A DNA stretch of 63,547 bases, the filler included, from Octopus bimaculoides (taxonomy: Eukaryota), in the NCBI RefSeq assembly GCF_001194135.2. It is 6 parts of 6 records of this genome, joined end to end, with 100 filler letters (N's around TTAATTAATTAA, not from the genome) between each part and the next. Parts side by side here need not be neighbours in the genome. Positions count along the whole stretch, not along the records: positions 1 to 28,081 come from NC_068984.1; 5 more parts are not named here. One strand, given 5' to 3'. Shown here piece after piece: positions 1-14,250 of the stretch. Position 1 is the first letter of the stretch; every line of letters starts with the position of its first letter. The translations under genes and the position numbers were made by a program. The notes below the pieces were generated by a model. That model searched no databases. It had not been told where the DNA came from and saw only the letters and a program-made list of their open reading frames with translations.

Positions 1-1390
1 TAAATTAAAATTTATTAACTCCATCAAAAGTTGTTCTGATAAAAGAATGGCGCAAAGATTTTATAAGGAACCTTTTACGTTGTGTGCAAGAGCTTAAGTT
101 GTTAAGTTCACCAAACACGTGTGTTATGCAGTAACCAATAAAAAGGAGGTTGTTTCCAATAGTGGTGTTGATAATCGTTCGTTCCTTTTTGGATTTAGAA
201 TTCTTTGAAATTATTCCTCTTTTGCATTTTGTAGTTGATAAACCAATCTTTTATCGTTTTTCAAAGAAAAATAAAAAAGACCATTTTAAAGATGTAGATT
301 TGTCATTTTTTGTTTATGAACTCTAACGTGATGTAATAATTTTCATATTGTTTGCCCAATAAAGTTCTTGCTGCATTTTGTGAATTTGATACAGTTCTTG
401 GGATTCTTGTTTGCTTTAAGCTACAATTCCTTCCCATTCTTGAATGTTCTGAGTGTCCATTGTTCAATTATTTCCTATGTCACACAACGGGGATTTCTGC
501 AGCTTGTCTCCTGTTTTAGTTTTTCTTCTGACCTAAATTATGCCTTTGTAAACCTACTTTGAGATTTGGTGGTTCTCTTCGGATTTCAGTAATTTGTGAT
601 TATAAATTATCATTATAAAATGTGATGATTGGTTTGAAATGTAAAGGTATGGTTTGGCTGAATGTATGAATTGATTTCTAAGATTATAGGAAATTGCAAG
701 TGGAATATTTATATTTGTGTTATTTCTTCACTCTCATTTAGAAAGCTTCTCAGCAATACAGAGATTGAAATCTCTTCTGATTTGGTTATGGCATGAGTTA
801 CGAAGTGTTTTAGGTATTGTTTGTCTCTGAATGAATTTATTTAGTTCTATTAGACATTTCGTGCGTCTGTTTACTCCCATAACTATTGAAAATATGTCTC
901 ATGTAATATTGAATGGACTATTCCTTTTAATGTTGCTTGGGTGGCATTGTAAAATCTAATTATTCGTGTGTGTCGAACTCCTTGAAATAGAAATCTGTTG
1001 TGACTGTCTCATTTTCTTTAATAGTCAGAATATCCTAAAAAGGAAGATTCTGTTTATTTATCTTCGTAGTGAACTGAATCGATTCATGGATGCTATTCAT
1101 TAATTTAAGAATCTTGTAAGGCCTCCCTTAGTTCTGTTCAAAAATATGAAGCTTTAGGAATTTCTTGCAGTTTCTTTTTAAAATAGAAGTAAAAATGCTT
1201 ATCAAAAGTACCTCATAAAAAGCATAGAATTTTCATCAAGGAATTTTGTAACTTGCGTGCCCATTGCAGTGCCTTGTATTTGAAGGTAATAAAGGCTGCT
1301 AGAGAAAAAGTAGTTCGTATGCAACAATCATAAACAAGGTATAGTATGTAGTAGGATTGGCAGTTGAATTACAGGCACAATTTCTCACAA
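1..1390 (-). mobile_element. Decayed Penelope-like retroelement (RT + GIY-YIG remnant), running off the window start
   Basis: Manual minus-strand translation gives YYLQIQGTAMGT (1252-1291; PLE RT motif), then MNSIHESIQFTT..QNLPF*DIL..TTDFYFKEFDTHE*LDF..CHPSNIKRN (thumb region) and CSKNFIGQT..HVRVHKQK (GIY-YIG) near 310-390. Many stops and frameshifts. Confidence 0.8.
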
Positions 1391-1436
1391 CGTGATACAC
1401 ACATACACACACACACACACACACACNNNNNNNNNN

Positions 1437-1499
<63 letters not shown>

Positions 1500-1514
1500 C
1501 ACACGTATGTATAA

Positions 1515-1800
1515 ATTTGATGGTTAAGTGGTTAGAGCATCGGGTTCACAATCATAAGGTGGTGAGTTCGATTCCGGACCAGCTGTGTGTTGTGTTCTTG
1601 AAGAAGGCACTTTATTTCATGTTGCACCTGTTCACTCAGCTGTAGAAATGAGTTGCAGCATCACCGTTGCCTAGCTGTATCGGCCTTGCCTTTCTTCTTG
1701 ATTACAGTGGCGTGGAGAGGGGGAGGCTAGTATGTTTGGGTGACTTCTGGTCTCCCATAGACAATCATACCCGGAGGGAAACTTTGTAGGTGCAATCCCA
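1515..1800 (+). mobile_element. tRNA-headed SINE (family C here)
   Basis: A-box-like GTGGTTAGAGC and B-box GAGTTCGATTCC. Body matches the copies at 36665-37000 and 32135-32300. Confidence 0.8.
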
Positions 1801-2944
1801 TATATATACGTACGAGTGTGTGTTTATATATAAAAGCATTCTTTTAATAGTTTCAATTTTAGGAGTGTGGCCTACAGTTGCGTGCGTACATTTTTTTTTT
1901 GTTTTAAGTTCCTCACACGGCTTGATCTTTAGAAGATATATTGTAAAGATATCATGCATTGATTTTGGTTCGGGATTATAACCGTTTTAATGTACAGCAT
2001 TGTGAAATGTATCATAAAAACAGACCAATGTTAATTGTACGTTTAATCAAAAACAATACTTTGTAATGTCCTCTTCAATTGATAGGCGCCAGAAATTCTG
2101 ATAATTTAATACGATTCCTATTATCATTCATACTCTTTGTACGTGTGCACGTTGAATATATTTTTTCTTATAATTTACAATCTATCTGATTTCAATTAAT
2201 TTCATTTGCAACTACAATGTGGCATTTTATTTATATCAAGCGTCTGTCTTTAGACTGTGAGGTTAACATTAGTTTAGTTTTTGTAACTCTATGTTCACTT
2301 AACTTGAATTATATTCGTTAAATAATGCTATATATGTTTAAATAAATTTATTTAGTGGCGCAGAGTCGAATCGATTTGAAAACTTTTTAGACTGAAGTTT
2401 GTATCTCTAGATTGGGCTATCGTGTTTTAATAATCAACGTGCTTTTGGGCAATTTATCATTCTGTCATTAGAAAGATTAACCTTCATCTTTCGGCTCGTT
2501 AACAAGTAGCATGTTGGAGATGATTGTGAACAGATCACTGTCATAACATGTTTTGTGCCTATATATATATGTGTGTGTGTGTATGTGTGTGTGCATGTGT
2601 GTGTGTGTGTATTACGTTTGTAATCCTCCTTTTTGTGAAATATAGGAAACTGTTTTTTTATACTAAATTTATAGGTACACATTAGCGAATCACGAAATCA
2701 TCGAATTGTTTAGATGAACGAAACATAAATACTAATGTCGAAGCGAGTCCGAAAAAACCCGAACGGTCGGGCGGTCTTAACTGCTGAGGCAACGGTAATT
2801 GTAAAAAAAACTGACACGTCAGTATTAAGAATTCTCGAGCGGCACTTTTCGGCCGGTTATGGTCCCTGTTGGTGTATATGCTAACATCGTAGTCACATTT
2901 AATGACGTTTGCAATTCTACTTTTTTTTGAAACATTACAAACTG

Positions 2945-2975
<31 letters not shown>

Positions 2976-3049
2976 CCATTTATTATTTATATCATGTCGA
3001 GTCGTTGATATATCCACTCTAATTATCTTGCAAGAATAGTTATTGAGGC

Positions 3050-4050
3050 AAAACTTTGGCACAACAGTAGAGACTTAGGTGCTTCCATAAATGGGTTCTC
3101 TTATGGTCATATGACTGGTTTAAATAATTTAGTTGCCTTGTGGAATCATTATTTTTTTCTATTTTGTTACGTTTCATATGCTGTAATAACATTCAAGCTA
3201 CTTTGATTTATCTGGAGGACCCTTCGTGTTCAAGATTGTGAAATATCTTTCTTCATCCATGCAATGTTAAGATATCTTGTCATTATTTTGCTGTATTCTG
3301 TCAAATGTATATTCTATTTACATCCATAAGTCCTGCAGCACCACTCTTTCCTCTGTCCTAGTTTTATCTTATTGCCTTCTGAGTGAGCAACCAGCTTGTT
3401 ATAGGATACAGTTCTAAGTACTTTATAGTTTCGCGTAAGCAAGTTATACACCGGTACTTTTGAGAGGATACTCTCCAGTATTCTGCTTTGGAGAATTAAC
3501 ATTGTTTTCTTCGCCAGCAGCCATTCATATAATGCTACTGGTATACATACCAGTTCATTGAAATTTTTCGATAAATTCCTGAGTAGTAGTCAGCTATTTC
3601 GGTCAAAATGTGAGAATTCATAAATCTCCAATACTTTGCAGTTCTTAACGTATTTAGTATTTCAACACCGTTAAGATAAATCACACTGACAGTTTTATAG
3701 CTCATTCTGATTTGGAGCGTTTCCTTAACTCTTTTATTCTTTATTGTGTAATCTGTTTTTGTCCATATTCCGTCCGAGCATGCTAAAATCCTGTTAATGG
3801 TGGTGTATCTACCTGCACTATGATTTTGTTTTCTGAAAATTCTGTTATAAAATCACTTGATATGAAATAAAAAAAACTTAATTTTTCTGTATGAAGCGGA
3901 TGCGTTTTGCAAAATGTTTGGTCATTCTTAGATTTACCAAATATGCCCTACAAATCTTTGCGTTTCTTCAAGAGTATTCTATTTGTAGTTGACACGATAC
4001 TTTGTTTCAGTTATTCCTTGTTTTATGTTGGTCAACTCATTTTCTTATTC
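3050..4050 (-). mobile_element. Decayed R4/Dong-clade non-LTR retrotransposon RT fragment
   Basis: Frameshifted minus-strand translation: EETQRFVGHIW, EWLLAKKTMLIL, QKYRCITCLR, YKVLRTVSYNKLVAHSEGNKI, QRKEWCCRTYGCK, YLNIAWM. This follows the order of R4-type RT N-terminal motifs (YRxITCL...QKGC..GC...LxxAWID). Confidence 0.65.
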
Positions 4051-5083
4051 ACTAAACAAGCATAACACAGTTTTGATAAAATTTTGTATATATTTTCTTT
4101 ACAGCTTTCTTAGGTTTGGCTGATTTTTACTAGTGTTTAGTTCGATAAAACCACCTCAAGTAATTAGATAATTTATTCTATTCATATTGGAGTAGATTGT
4201 TTACATGAACATTTCGCTTTGCAAAACACTGTTACAAATATTCATATTTTTATGTAGCCATTCATTCATGTACAACATAATATGGGCTTACGTTGGTCCA
4301 TGTCCAGCGGTATGTATTGCTTTTGTGTTTTGCCTGATGCCATTACTTTATTATTGGGCGTTTTTAGATAATAAACTCGGACAACGTGGTAGTGTTTTGT
4401 GTGCCCGTAGTATTTTTCATATTGTTACAATGATCTGTTGATATTTCATAATGTGTGTTGAAAGGAGTCTGCCACCTTTCAGGATATACTAATAGCAATC
4501 TCAGTATACTTGTTCATATACTTGCATGCATTTTCTGTTATCTATTTAAAACTTCGATCATTAAGAAATATTTCCATATTTTTTGAAAAGTTTTATTTAA
4601 TCAGGACGTCCTACGACTGTACCAAATATATCGAAATGATTTCATTAAGGCCGATTAGTTTCTGCCCCGGGACTAAACAAGAAACTATCAAATATGTTAT
4701 AAACGTGTAGAATAAAGAAAGTGGTAGTATAGAGGGCATTTGAAGACAATTTTCGGAAACACTATAAATCGATATTTATAAAAAAATTGTTGATATACAT
4801 TTGATACGTCTCTTAATCCCTAACACAATCCATCTCACTAGACGCATATATTTCTGTAATTATGTATTCCCTAAAATGTGTGTTTCGTATGCGGATATGT
4901 GTTTATGTATCTACGCACATATGTATATATGTGTGTGTATATTTATTCGTGTGTGTGTGTATGTGTGTGTGTGTGTGTGTGTGTATGTGTGTGTGTGCGT
5001 CCGCGTGTGTTTGTGTGCGTGTATGTGTGTGTGTTGATATCTATTAACACATACAGGTGGCAAAGAAAGTCCTATCGCATTTA

Positions 5084-5769
5084 TCTTAATACATAAAATA
5101 CCATGTCTGTGTGTGAGTCCTCAATGCACGCTCAAACCTCTGGATCAATCTGTACCATACTTGGAATATATGAATAATGTGACCTTGGAAAGAAACATGC
5201 GGTCTTGATTTTTTTTATTTATAAAAGATAAATAATATTGCTCTATATATAAAGATTCACTTCTTCAAATCGTTTTCTCAACTTCCTGTGTTTGAACTTT
5301 CTGTCTGTGGTGTCCTGACCAGCTATTTACTCACACACGTATGAATACATCATTATAGTTGTGACGATTTCTGCTAAAAAAGAATTTCTAAAGGTACTTT
5401 CATGTCAGAAAAATAATTTCATATGGAGATAGACACCTTTTCCTCATTTAATTAAATGAGATACTGTATATTGTACATTGATTTTTCAATACATATTTCG
5501 GAGATTTTTGGAACAAGTCGCATTATTAAGACTTAATCTTTCACATTTAAATCCCATGTGATTATTCTTGACGTAAATCGACTTATTAACACTTTCGCTT
5601 AAGTGTCTGGTCAGTGTCAACATAGTAACTAAGCAACTAGCTACTTACACACATATACGTATGTATACATCATTACAGTTGTGATAATTTCAGATAAAAA
5701 CAATTTCTAAAGTTACTTTCATTTTTTATATTCTTTTCTGGCTTTCTATTTGTGTAAGATATGTGTACA

Positions 5770-5800
<31 letters not shown>

Positions 5801-6706
5801 ATGTGTGTGTGTGTGCGTATGTGTATGTGTGTGTATGTGAGAGAGAAAATAAATGTCATAGGGACACTTTATTTAATTGATCAATTGTCAACAGGGCATA
5901 ACTGAAGATTTCTAACCCCACACCGATTTTTGGATGATCATAACTTTCAGAAAAATGAATATTTTCTAATGACATTTTCTACAAATAAGTGCTATATCAC
6001 GTAGATTCTGAATATAGAAAATTGTTTGGGGGAAAGTGCTTTAGGAGGTGTGGGAGAGGATTGTCGGAAAATTCACCGGAGTCCACTCCAATTCGCTTAA
6101 ATTTGGAATTGTCCACAAATATACCTTGGACTATATAGATTCCGAGCATACAGGAATTTTGGGGGACAACAACTGGGGGTTATGTTTGAGAACTGTTCTC
6201 CACTCGGGGGTGTTTCGGAGCAAATCGTCCATATTTGTTATATTTTCTCTGTTTTGTGCTTTGGTACATCTGTAGATTTCTACTGAAGCAACAGGCAATA
6301 AAAGCAAATGAGGCCCTCACCAGAAAACTCATGCTAGAAATAACAGCTAAAGGTTTGGTGTACAGATATATGTTGTTAAGACGACTTATCTGTTGCATAC
6401 AATTCTTTTTTCACTTCAAGTAAATTCCCAGCTAAAAGGTTCTAATAGAACGGCAGAAGACACAGAAGCAAATATACTGAATATACACACACAGTTAAAT
6501 ATAGAAGTGTAAAGTATAATTTGTTACATAATCTCTATAATAAACATGATATTGAATGGAATAATTCCGTTTGAACTTTTAAAGTTGGTATGTCAGCTAA
6601 TAAAAGGTGAGGTCTGCGTAGTCTATGTTTTACCTTCGAGATCTAAAAGGCATTTTTAAATTTCATTATTCTCTTTAACCCGGGTAACGCCGGGTATTTC
6701 TGCTAG
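5084..6706 (+). mobile_element. Non-autonomous Helitron
   Basis: 5' A^TCTTAATACATAAAAT..GTCTGTGTGTGAG start. 3' hairpin CCCGG-GTAACG-CCGGG followed by TATTTCTG-CTAG^T. Flanks are A5083 and T6707 (AT target) with no TSD. Confidence 0.65.
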
Positions 6707-7129
6707 TTTACGATAAAATAAACATACGTTGGTCAGTCATAAAAAAATACGTTATAATGCAAGAACACATATTTCCCTAGTCACCCATGGAACGATTATG
6801 GCATTAAATATAGAGTTGTTGCTGTATCTTCCTTACTGTTGTGAATATTCATCTCACTTTTCAGAATATTGCAAGATAATTAACAGGGAAAACAGTCAGT
6901 TTTGGAGCAATTGAATTAATATTAAGAACCGTTCTGCTTCGAAACTGGAAGAGGGTTGTGCACTTGAGGGATCAGAAATTTGGTACGTAGATGGAATTAC
7001 TTTATCAATTACAAGGGGAAATACTGAATATTATTAAATATTGTTAAATATATCAGTTAAGACGAAAGATGTATTTGTTTCTTTCCTATCTTGAATTGCA
7101 TCAGGACTTTCTTTCCAATTAAATTGTAT

Positions 7130-7262
7130 GAATGTATGTATGTATGTATCTATGTGTGTGTATGTATGTATGTATGTATGTATGTATGTATGTATGTATG
7201 TATGTGTATGTATGTATGTATGTATGTATGTATATGTGTATGTATGTATGTATGTATGCATG
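7130..7262. repeat. (TGTA)n microsatellite
   Basis: Directly visible. It explains the spurious YIHT/MYVC ORFs. Confidence 0.95.
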
Positions 7263-7662
7263 CATGTATGCGTTCACATGTGTTTGAACGTGTGTGTTTT
7301 TTGTTTGTATATGCATGGAAGCTAGATGAAATACAATTCTAGATGCTATTATAAAAGGCTAGCCATTATGAGTTAGAAATATTCCGTGGAAGAGAATATT
7401 ATTTTCAGGTAAATGACCTAATTTCATTTTTTCTCGGCAACACAAGTCAACATTCTGTTATTCTGTTATTTTCATGGATTTTGCTTTTGAGTGCACTAAA
7501 TTTAACTCTTGCGTGCAGAAATTAAATTACTTCGTTATCGGTGATGCCTTAAAGTTTATCATGCTTTAATTACACTATAGTATATCGTACTGAATTATAT
7601 CTAGAAATATAGATAGGGTTTCTTTTTCAGTACACAAATGAGTATATACTACATCTATATCG

Positions 7663-7740
7663 GTGTCTGTCTGTCATGCTGTCTGTCTGTCATGCTGTCT
7701 GTCTGTCATGCTGTCTGTCTGTCAAGCTGTCTGTTTGTCT
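7663..7740. repeat. 16-bp tandem repeat (CTGTCTGTCTGTCATG)n, about 4 copies
   Basis: Directly visible. Confidence 0.85.
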
Positions 7741-9628
7741 CTCCTTATATGTTTGTGTGTGTGTGTGTGTAGTATAGATTTACAGTTTGTTCCTCAGTTT
7801 TGTGCCTTGGCTTGGAAACCCTGGCTCTCACTACCACTCTTTTGTCCACCCTAGACTAACCAAACTGATATTTTCAATTGCCCATTCACTGTGAAAAAAT
7901 CATTCTGCTTTAACCTCGTGTTTTCGAAACTTTAGTAGATTCGTGGGAAGACTGTATTTAATATATGCTCTATTCTATATTCAACTGTATAGGCATCTAA
8001 ATCGTGGGAAAAGTATCCTCAATTCTTGTTTAGAGGTAAACCTCTCATCATAATCTATGATGATATATTCCTTAGATTTCTGTTGCTGTTTATGAATTCC
8101 GTAGCCTTTACTATTTAACACGTGATTCTAGATGTTCTCTCAGATGCATTTTGCGTTAGTTACCTAACTTTGTGAAACAGAATACCCCGCATTTTCGTTC
8201 ATTTGTTATTGTCATCCACTGATATACTTTGTTGTGTTTACTCGTCCCACCACATTCAATGGGTGCATATTTTCCAGTAACACCTACAAAACCTATCAAG
8301 TTTCTATTTATATTATGTGTCGACTGATGTTCTCTAAAGTGATATTGCTTTATCACACGCACCTCATATTCAAAATGACTATTGATGCTCTGCTTTCTTA
8401 TGTTATCGTGATCAAAAAGACATTCTGTCTCAACTTTGAATTATGAACTTAAATTTAATTAGAAAACGCTCTTCATGCATAAACCAATCTTTCTTACTTC
8501 ATTTTTAACATCATTTCACTCTCTTTTCATCCTTGCTGGACTTTTAGTTCGTGAGTAAATGCAACTTTCATTCGTCTTCTTCTATTCCTCATCTCTCTGC
8601 GTCTTTTTATGCAACTGTTACTGCTTCTGATTCCGCCATCAACTCCAACATCATTACCACAACCGTCAATAACAACAACAAACCCACCATCATAACCACC
8701 AGGACCACCATCTCGATGACAATATTGGGATTCAATACACAAATGAAATATTTCGTATAAAAGAAAACACATTGAGTGTACACAAGTATTATTGTTACTT
8801 GTACCGTCAAAAGTGATGTCTATGAATGTTCTTGTGTTGCCCATCAGTTTGCTTTCTTTATCATGGAGCTTGAAGTTTAACGAAGGTGTATTTATGTAAT
8901 TACTAATGTTTTTCGCAATCTGTGTTGGTTTTTATGCAGGATTTTTGTTGTTTTGCTACGGACACAGAAGTGTTTTATATGCATTATTTTGAGTGTTTGT
9001 GACAAATCACCCTTATATTTGATGTACTGTAAAATCAATAACTTTTAATGTAATTTTGCATGTTACTATTTAAATATATGCATGCCATGATTTATGAGTT
9101 AAAATGCGTGTCAGTTACTGGGAAATTATAAAATCAAAATGTGTTGTACAAATTTACATTATATTTTCTTGTGTGTTTTATACGGTGTATGTATTTTTTA
9201 ACTTTTAATGGTATGACAAGAATCTCGTTTACATGTCAGGAAACAAGGTTCAAAATATTTGCTAGTTTAGATTGGAGTTGCGATTGTTTCCTCTAGAGAA
9301 TAGGTATTGTTTTAATAATCTTTTATTTTTGTCTAAGGTTTGTTGCAAAAGTACTCCGTTCTTCTCTTCTGTGTAGGTTGTAGAATCGAGATAATCATAT
9401 TCTGGTTCAAGATTCTGCAGAATAGTTTAATATGATAATGCGCGAAAGAGAGCTGCGGTGATTGGAATATCTTAGACTACTGTTCATAAAATCAATGAAC
9501 TTTGAAGTGTGTGAGTATTTGAATTCCTCTATTCTTTACTTCACATTTGATGAATAAATATGCCAAATCCATATTGAATGTTGATAGTGTGCTTCTTGCA
9601 GTTTGCGTTTCTGCTAACCCTGAGTTGT

Positions 9629-9698
9629 TTTTGGTGACTCCCTTTTGGTGACTCCCTTTTGGTGACTCCCTTTTGGTGACTCCCTTTTGGTGACTCCC
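9629..9698. repeat. 14-bp minisatellite (TTTTGGTGACTCCC)x5
   Basis: Five perfect copies. Confidence 0.95.
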
Positions 9699-11230
9699 TT
9701 AAATTTAACTTCGCTGTAGCAGTTGAGGTTAATATTGGGTGTAAATTAGAATGTCGATATTTCAGTCACGTATCACACATACAAGTCATTCATGCAAAAC
9801 TTATAGTGACGTTATTGATAAGTATTGAAGATAGTCCTGTACGCACGTATTTAGAACTATGTTAGTCATGATAATTTAATAAGACTTTTAACACCACTTG
9901 TTGGTACATGGCTGCTAAACTTCACGATAAATAAATTCTCCATTGATCCTGACTTATACGCATTTATTTCTGTTTACCTCTGTCACACCACCTTATAAAA
10001 TTTAGACGCAAAATGTTGTAGCTACATCTATACTATTGAATCATTGCGAATTATCACAAAGCAGTCCGATGAAATATGCGATTATTATCCCATGACTATG
10101 GCTCTTTTTTTCTACCGTTACCGATTTGTTTTTACGAATATAACATAAATTTCATTTAAGCCTATTAACGTAAGCACAGATGGAAACATGATGAAGGAGA
10201 TTTGCATAAGATCATGTACGTTTTATTAAAGTTTAGCGCCTTTTAGTATCAGACCATTTACAAAGTTTGTCGAGGGCGATGATATTTACAATAGTGTTAC
10301 TCATTTATGTAGACTACAGGAAGATGGACATTTTTGTTGTCATACAAAGATGAAATAAGTTACAGTTCTTGAGATTATTCCTAATTGACACGTTCGATTC
10401 TTCCATTGCGCTCGATTATTCTTCAGCTACAACTATCGACTGAGATCAGACGCCAAATAATCAAAATATCTAATAACTTACATTATTGGATCAAGTCATA
10501 AATTCAATTGTTTCTTTAATAACCGGGCTTCAAAGGAATTCTGAGGAAACATTTCGGAAGTAACAACTATGTAGATATAGTACATTCATGTACTTTAGTG
10601 TGATAAATATAATATTTTGCAGTTATTTATACACACAAATCAATTCTCGTATTCTTATCGCTTGGGCTATGCAGTCATGATGTGAAATCTTACTGATGCA
10701 GACAATCAAGATATATGGGACTTTATTTTAATCTGATATCGAACGACGCCAACAAAACCTTTTACAATTATTCAGAATCCAAACACACACACACATATAC
10801 CTAATACACACATACACACATACGTACATGCATACATACAAACATACATACATATATACGTTTTTTTTTAATGCATTCACATGCCAGCAAATATCCATAG
10901 CTTTAGTAGTATTTATACAGGAAAATAATTTTGTGCATATGTATTTTAAAGCGTGCAAGATAAACAGATTTTTTGCGTATGCGAGAAAAGACTAATTCTC
11001 TCCTTATCATCTCTATCTTTCTTTTACTTTCTGTCTTTATTTTCTTTCCCTCTATAAGCATATACATATACATATACATATACATAAGTATATATTCAAA
11101 ATGCATGAGTGTATACGTATGCCTGTATGTATGAATGTAATGGATGTACATATATGCAGAAATATATGTGTGTGTATGTATATATAAGTATATGTATATA
11201 TACATGTATATGAATGTATAAATGTGTATG

Positions 11231-11270
<40 letters not shown>

Positions 11271-12970
11271 TATACGCACGCACACGCACATACACATACC
11301 ATCGAACACTTTTTGTTTATAAACAGATTCAAATATTAGAATATTAACAGAAACGCCTGGATAAATTTGCCATCAAGTCACAAATACACACATTTGGGTA
11401 TCAGCATACACGAATATATATGCCAGAAAAAAACATACATTGATGTGTTTTTATTACCTTTAGTGTTCACAGAATCTTATAAACATATTTTCAATTTCTT
11501 TGTCTGAAGTTTGACTTTCGTCAGAGATTAATAGCATTCTCTTGAGAAAATCAATTAATCATGTGAAAAAATGATATTTCCAAGTATTTACTGAAAAAGT
11601 TTCATTTGTTCTAATAATTTTTCGTTTTTTTTTTTTGCAGCTGAAAATAGCGCTGTAGAAAAAATGCATATTTTTGCCAACTACTAAATAAGAACTAATC
11701 AATTGATAAGAATATTTTGGCATTAAGATATTTTGATGACTGTCGGTATTAAAACAGTGCATTTTTTAATGCCTAAATATCGTAGCTGGAACGACTGGTG
11801 ACAAGTAGCAAAATTATTAGAACAGGCTCTTCATTTTGATGTTTTTCTGCTTTGAAAGTACTTAAATTTTACTTTTAGATGCATGATGTTTTCAAGGAAG
11901 TAACAATGTAACAACATTGTAAACGCTCTCACCCATAAAAAATAAATGTAGTTCTAGAAGTAATTTTTTACTAGTGTGCCCCCATTTAATTTCTGCAGGT
12001 AAAAACGGAGACTATTTTATGGGTTCTGCCCGACGTTCCATTTCAAGAAGCAAAAAGCTAACACTCTATCCGATTACATTCTGTATTGCATAACATATTC
12101 AGCACATTCAGTTTTAATACACATATTTCGCTATATTTATCAGTGGGGGCAGTTAGATAATACCTAAAATCATGCCCTCGATACAATGTATAAATTTATG
12201 TCTCCAGAAAGATGAAAGAATGCAACGATAGTTTTTAGACTCCGTAAAATAGTACTTGGGAATTATCTGTCCCGTTTTCGAAAGTCGAAAGTATAATCGT
12301 ATTGTGTTACCAGCATACTTACTTTTGAAATGGCTGTCACATAATTTTAACTATCTGAAAACATTTGCATTTCAGAGAAGAGAAGGAAGGAAATTCATAA
12401 TGTTAGAACACATTGTGTTAAGATGTGAACATGAAAAACCTCAAGTTATATGGCGCGGCAGCCAGAAAAGTCTGGGCTACAATATATATTTTCAATACTG
12501 ACGGTGCTCTGATATTCAGATTTGTCTACAGGCAAGTTATGTTCACGTTGTAAATTTAAGAACAACAAGAGCAATAAAACACAGACTGTTTCTTATAATT
12601 TGGAAGAGAATATTTTGGAAGGACAACTAAATAATAGTTTAATGCTCAGAGAAATAAAATAATCATAGCCTGTAACATAGGACTAACCTTGAGCAGGTAA
12701 ATATTCTTTAAAACGTGTTTTGGAAATTATACACATTTAGATTCGAATTATAAAATCTCACCTTGTTCTGAGCAACAGTTAAATTGCTTGAATACTTCCA
12801 GCTATCAGTCGCATGCATACATGCATACATGCATGCATGCATTCATATTTACATCCATACATGCTTACATGCATGCATATCGACATATACATATGTATAC
12901 ACACACACACACACACATACATGCATGCATATATATATGTACATAATTCCCCCCGAAACGAAAAACAAAC

Positions 12971-13024
<54 letters not shown>

Positions 13025-13046
13025 CATGTATATGTGTGTGTATGTA

Positions 13047-14250
13047 CAGGGCGAGAGAGTGAGAATGGACGTTTCTTAAAAATTCACAGAATCATTAATT
13101 TTTAATTTAAGCAAATTCTATTTGTATCAATGATCTCGTATTGAATTACCGTTTGTCTAAAACTTAGTTTGGAAAACAACATCCATTATGTGGTGTACGT
13201 TTCCATTGATGCATTTCTGAAGACGTTCTTGGAAGTTAGCCTCCACTCTCTCCTGCACTACTCTGTCGATTTGGGTGACTTCCACGTGAATAGTTTCCTT
13301 CAAATCGTCCAATGTACGGGGTTTATGCTCATACACACGTGCCTTGAGGTTTTCCCACGAGAAATAATCTCGCATGGTCAAATCAGGGGACCAAAGGGGC
13401 CAAGCAATGTCATCAAACCTGGAAATGATGCGATTAGCGATGAGAGGGTGAAGAAACATCCATTGATGTTCTGGCTGTGTGGGCCATCGCCCGATCCTGC
13501 TGAACCTACACACGTTGAACAGAAATACGTTTCCGTCGTATTTCAGGTACAAAGAAGTTGCTTATCACCTCGATGTAACGCTCGGAGTTCACAGTAACAG
13601 CATTTCCATTATTGTCTTCAAAAACGTAACGATCCATGACGGCAGCTTTTCCAACAGCACACCAGACCGTCACTTTTGGACTGTGTAGTGGTTTTTCGTG
13701 CAGTTCTCAAAGATTTTCAAGAGCCCAATTACGACAGATCTGTTGATCCACCATGCCACTGAGATGAAAATAAGCTTAATCACTCATTAACAGAATGAGT
13801 CTGACATTTGCCTCAAAAATTGTTTTCATCTGACATGCGACGTTAGGCCGCTGTGTATAGTTCCATGGTTTCAATTGTTGCCCAATGTCCAATTTGTACG
13901 GGTGGAAATGCAGGTGTTCAAGGAAAATATGCCTTACCGATCGATTACCGATGCCAATTTTAGTGGAATGCGTTTGAGCAGAGCGATGCGGACTCCGTTT
14001 CAAAGCTTCTCTTACACGTTCCACATTTCCCGGAGACCATACCGTTCGTGGTGATCCCATCGGTTTGCTGTTCATTAGCATACCTTGTGTCAGGGTGGGA
14101 ATAGCCTGATTTCGGTGAATGTTGAGGTGGAACCGAAACTCCTAATTTCAAAGAACGGATATCGTATAATATAGGGAAACATATTTACATTAACGAAGTT
14201 GTGTCATGCTAGAACAGTCTCTCAGGCTAACACCAACCAGTCAAACCACC
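13047..14250 (-). mobile_element. Tc1/mariner transposon remnant, DD41D (rosa-like) family
   Basis: ORF pieces 13776-14081 (HTH; HLHFHPYKL..LLMSD) and 13157-13552 (WPLWSPDLTMRDYF..KARVYEHKPRTLDDLK). The spacing QQD..D is 41 residues after removing one 1-nt insertion. One end reads TA|CAGGGCGAG at 13045-13055; the opposite TIR was not found. Confidence 0.85.

Noticed and set aside
4258-4309. Candidate exon PFIHVQHNMGLRWSMSS
   Set aside because: Short, no recognisable homology, and not linkable to TTLL or to the other candidates.
7870-8520. Possible decayed LINE endonuclease region
   Set aside because: Only vague similarity, with no motif I can defend.
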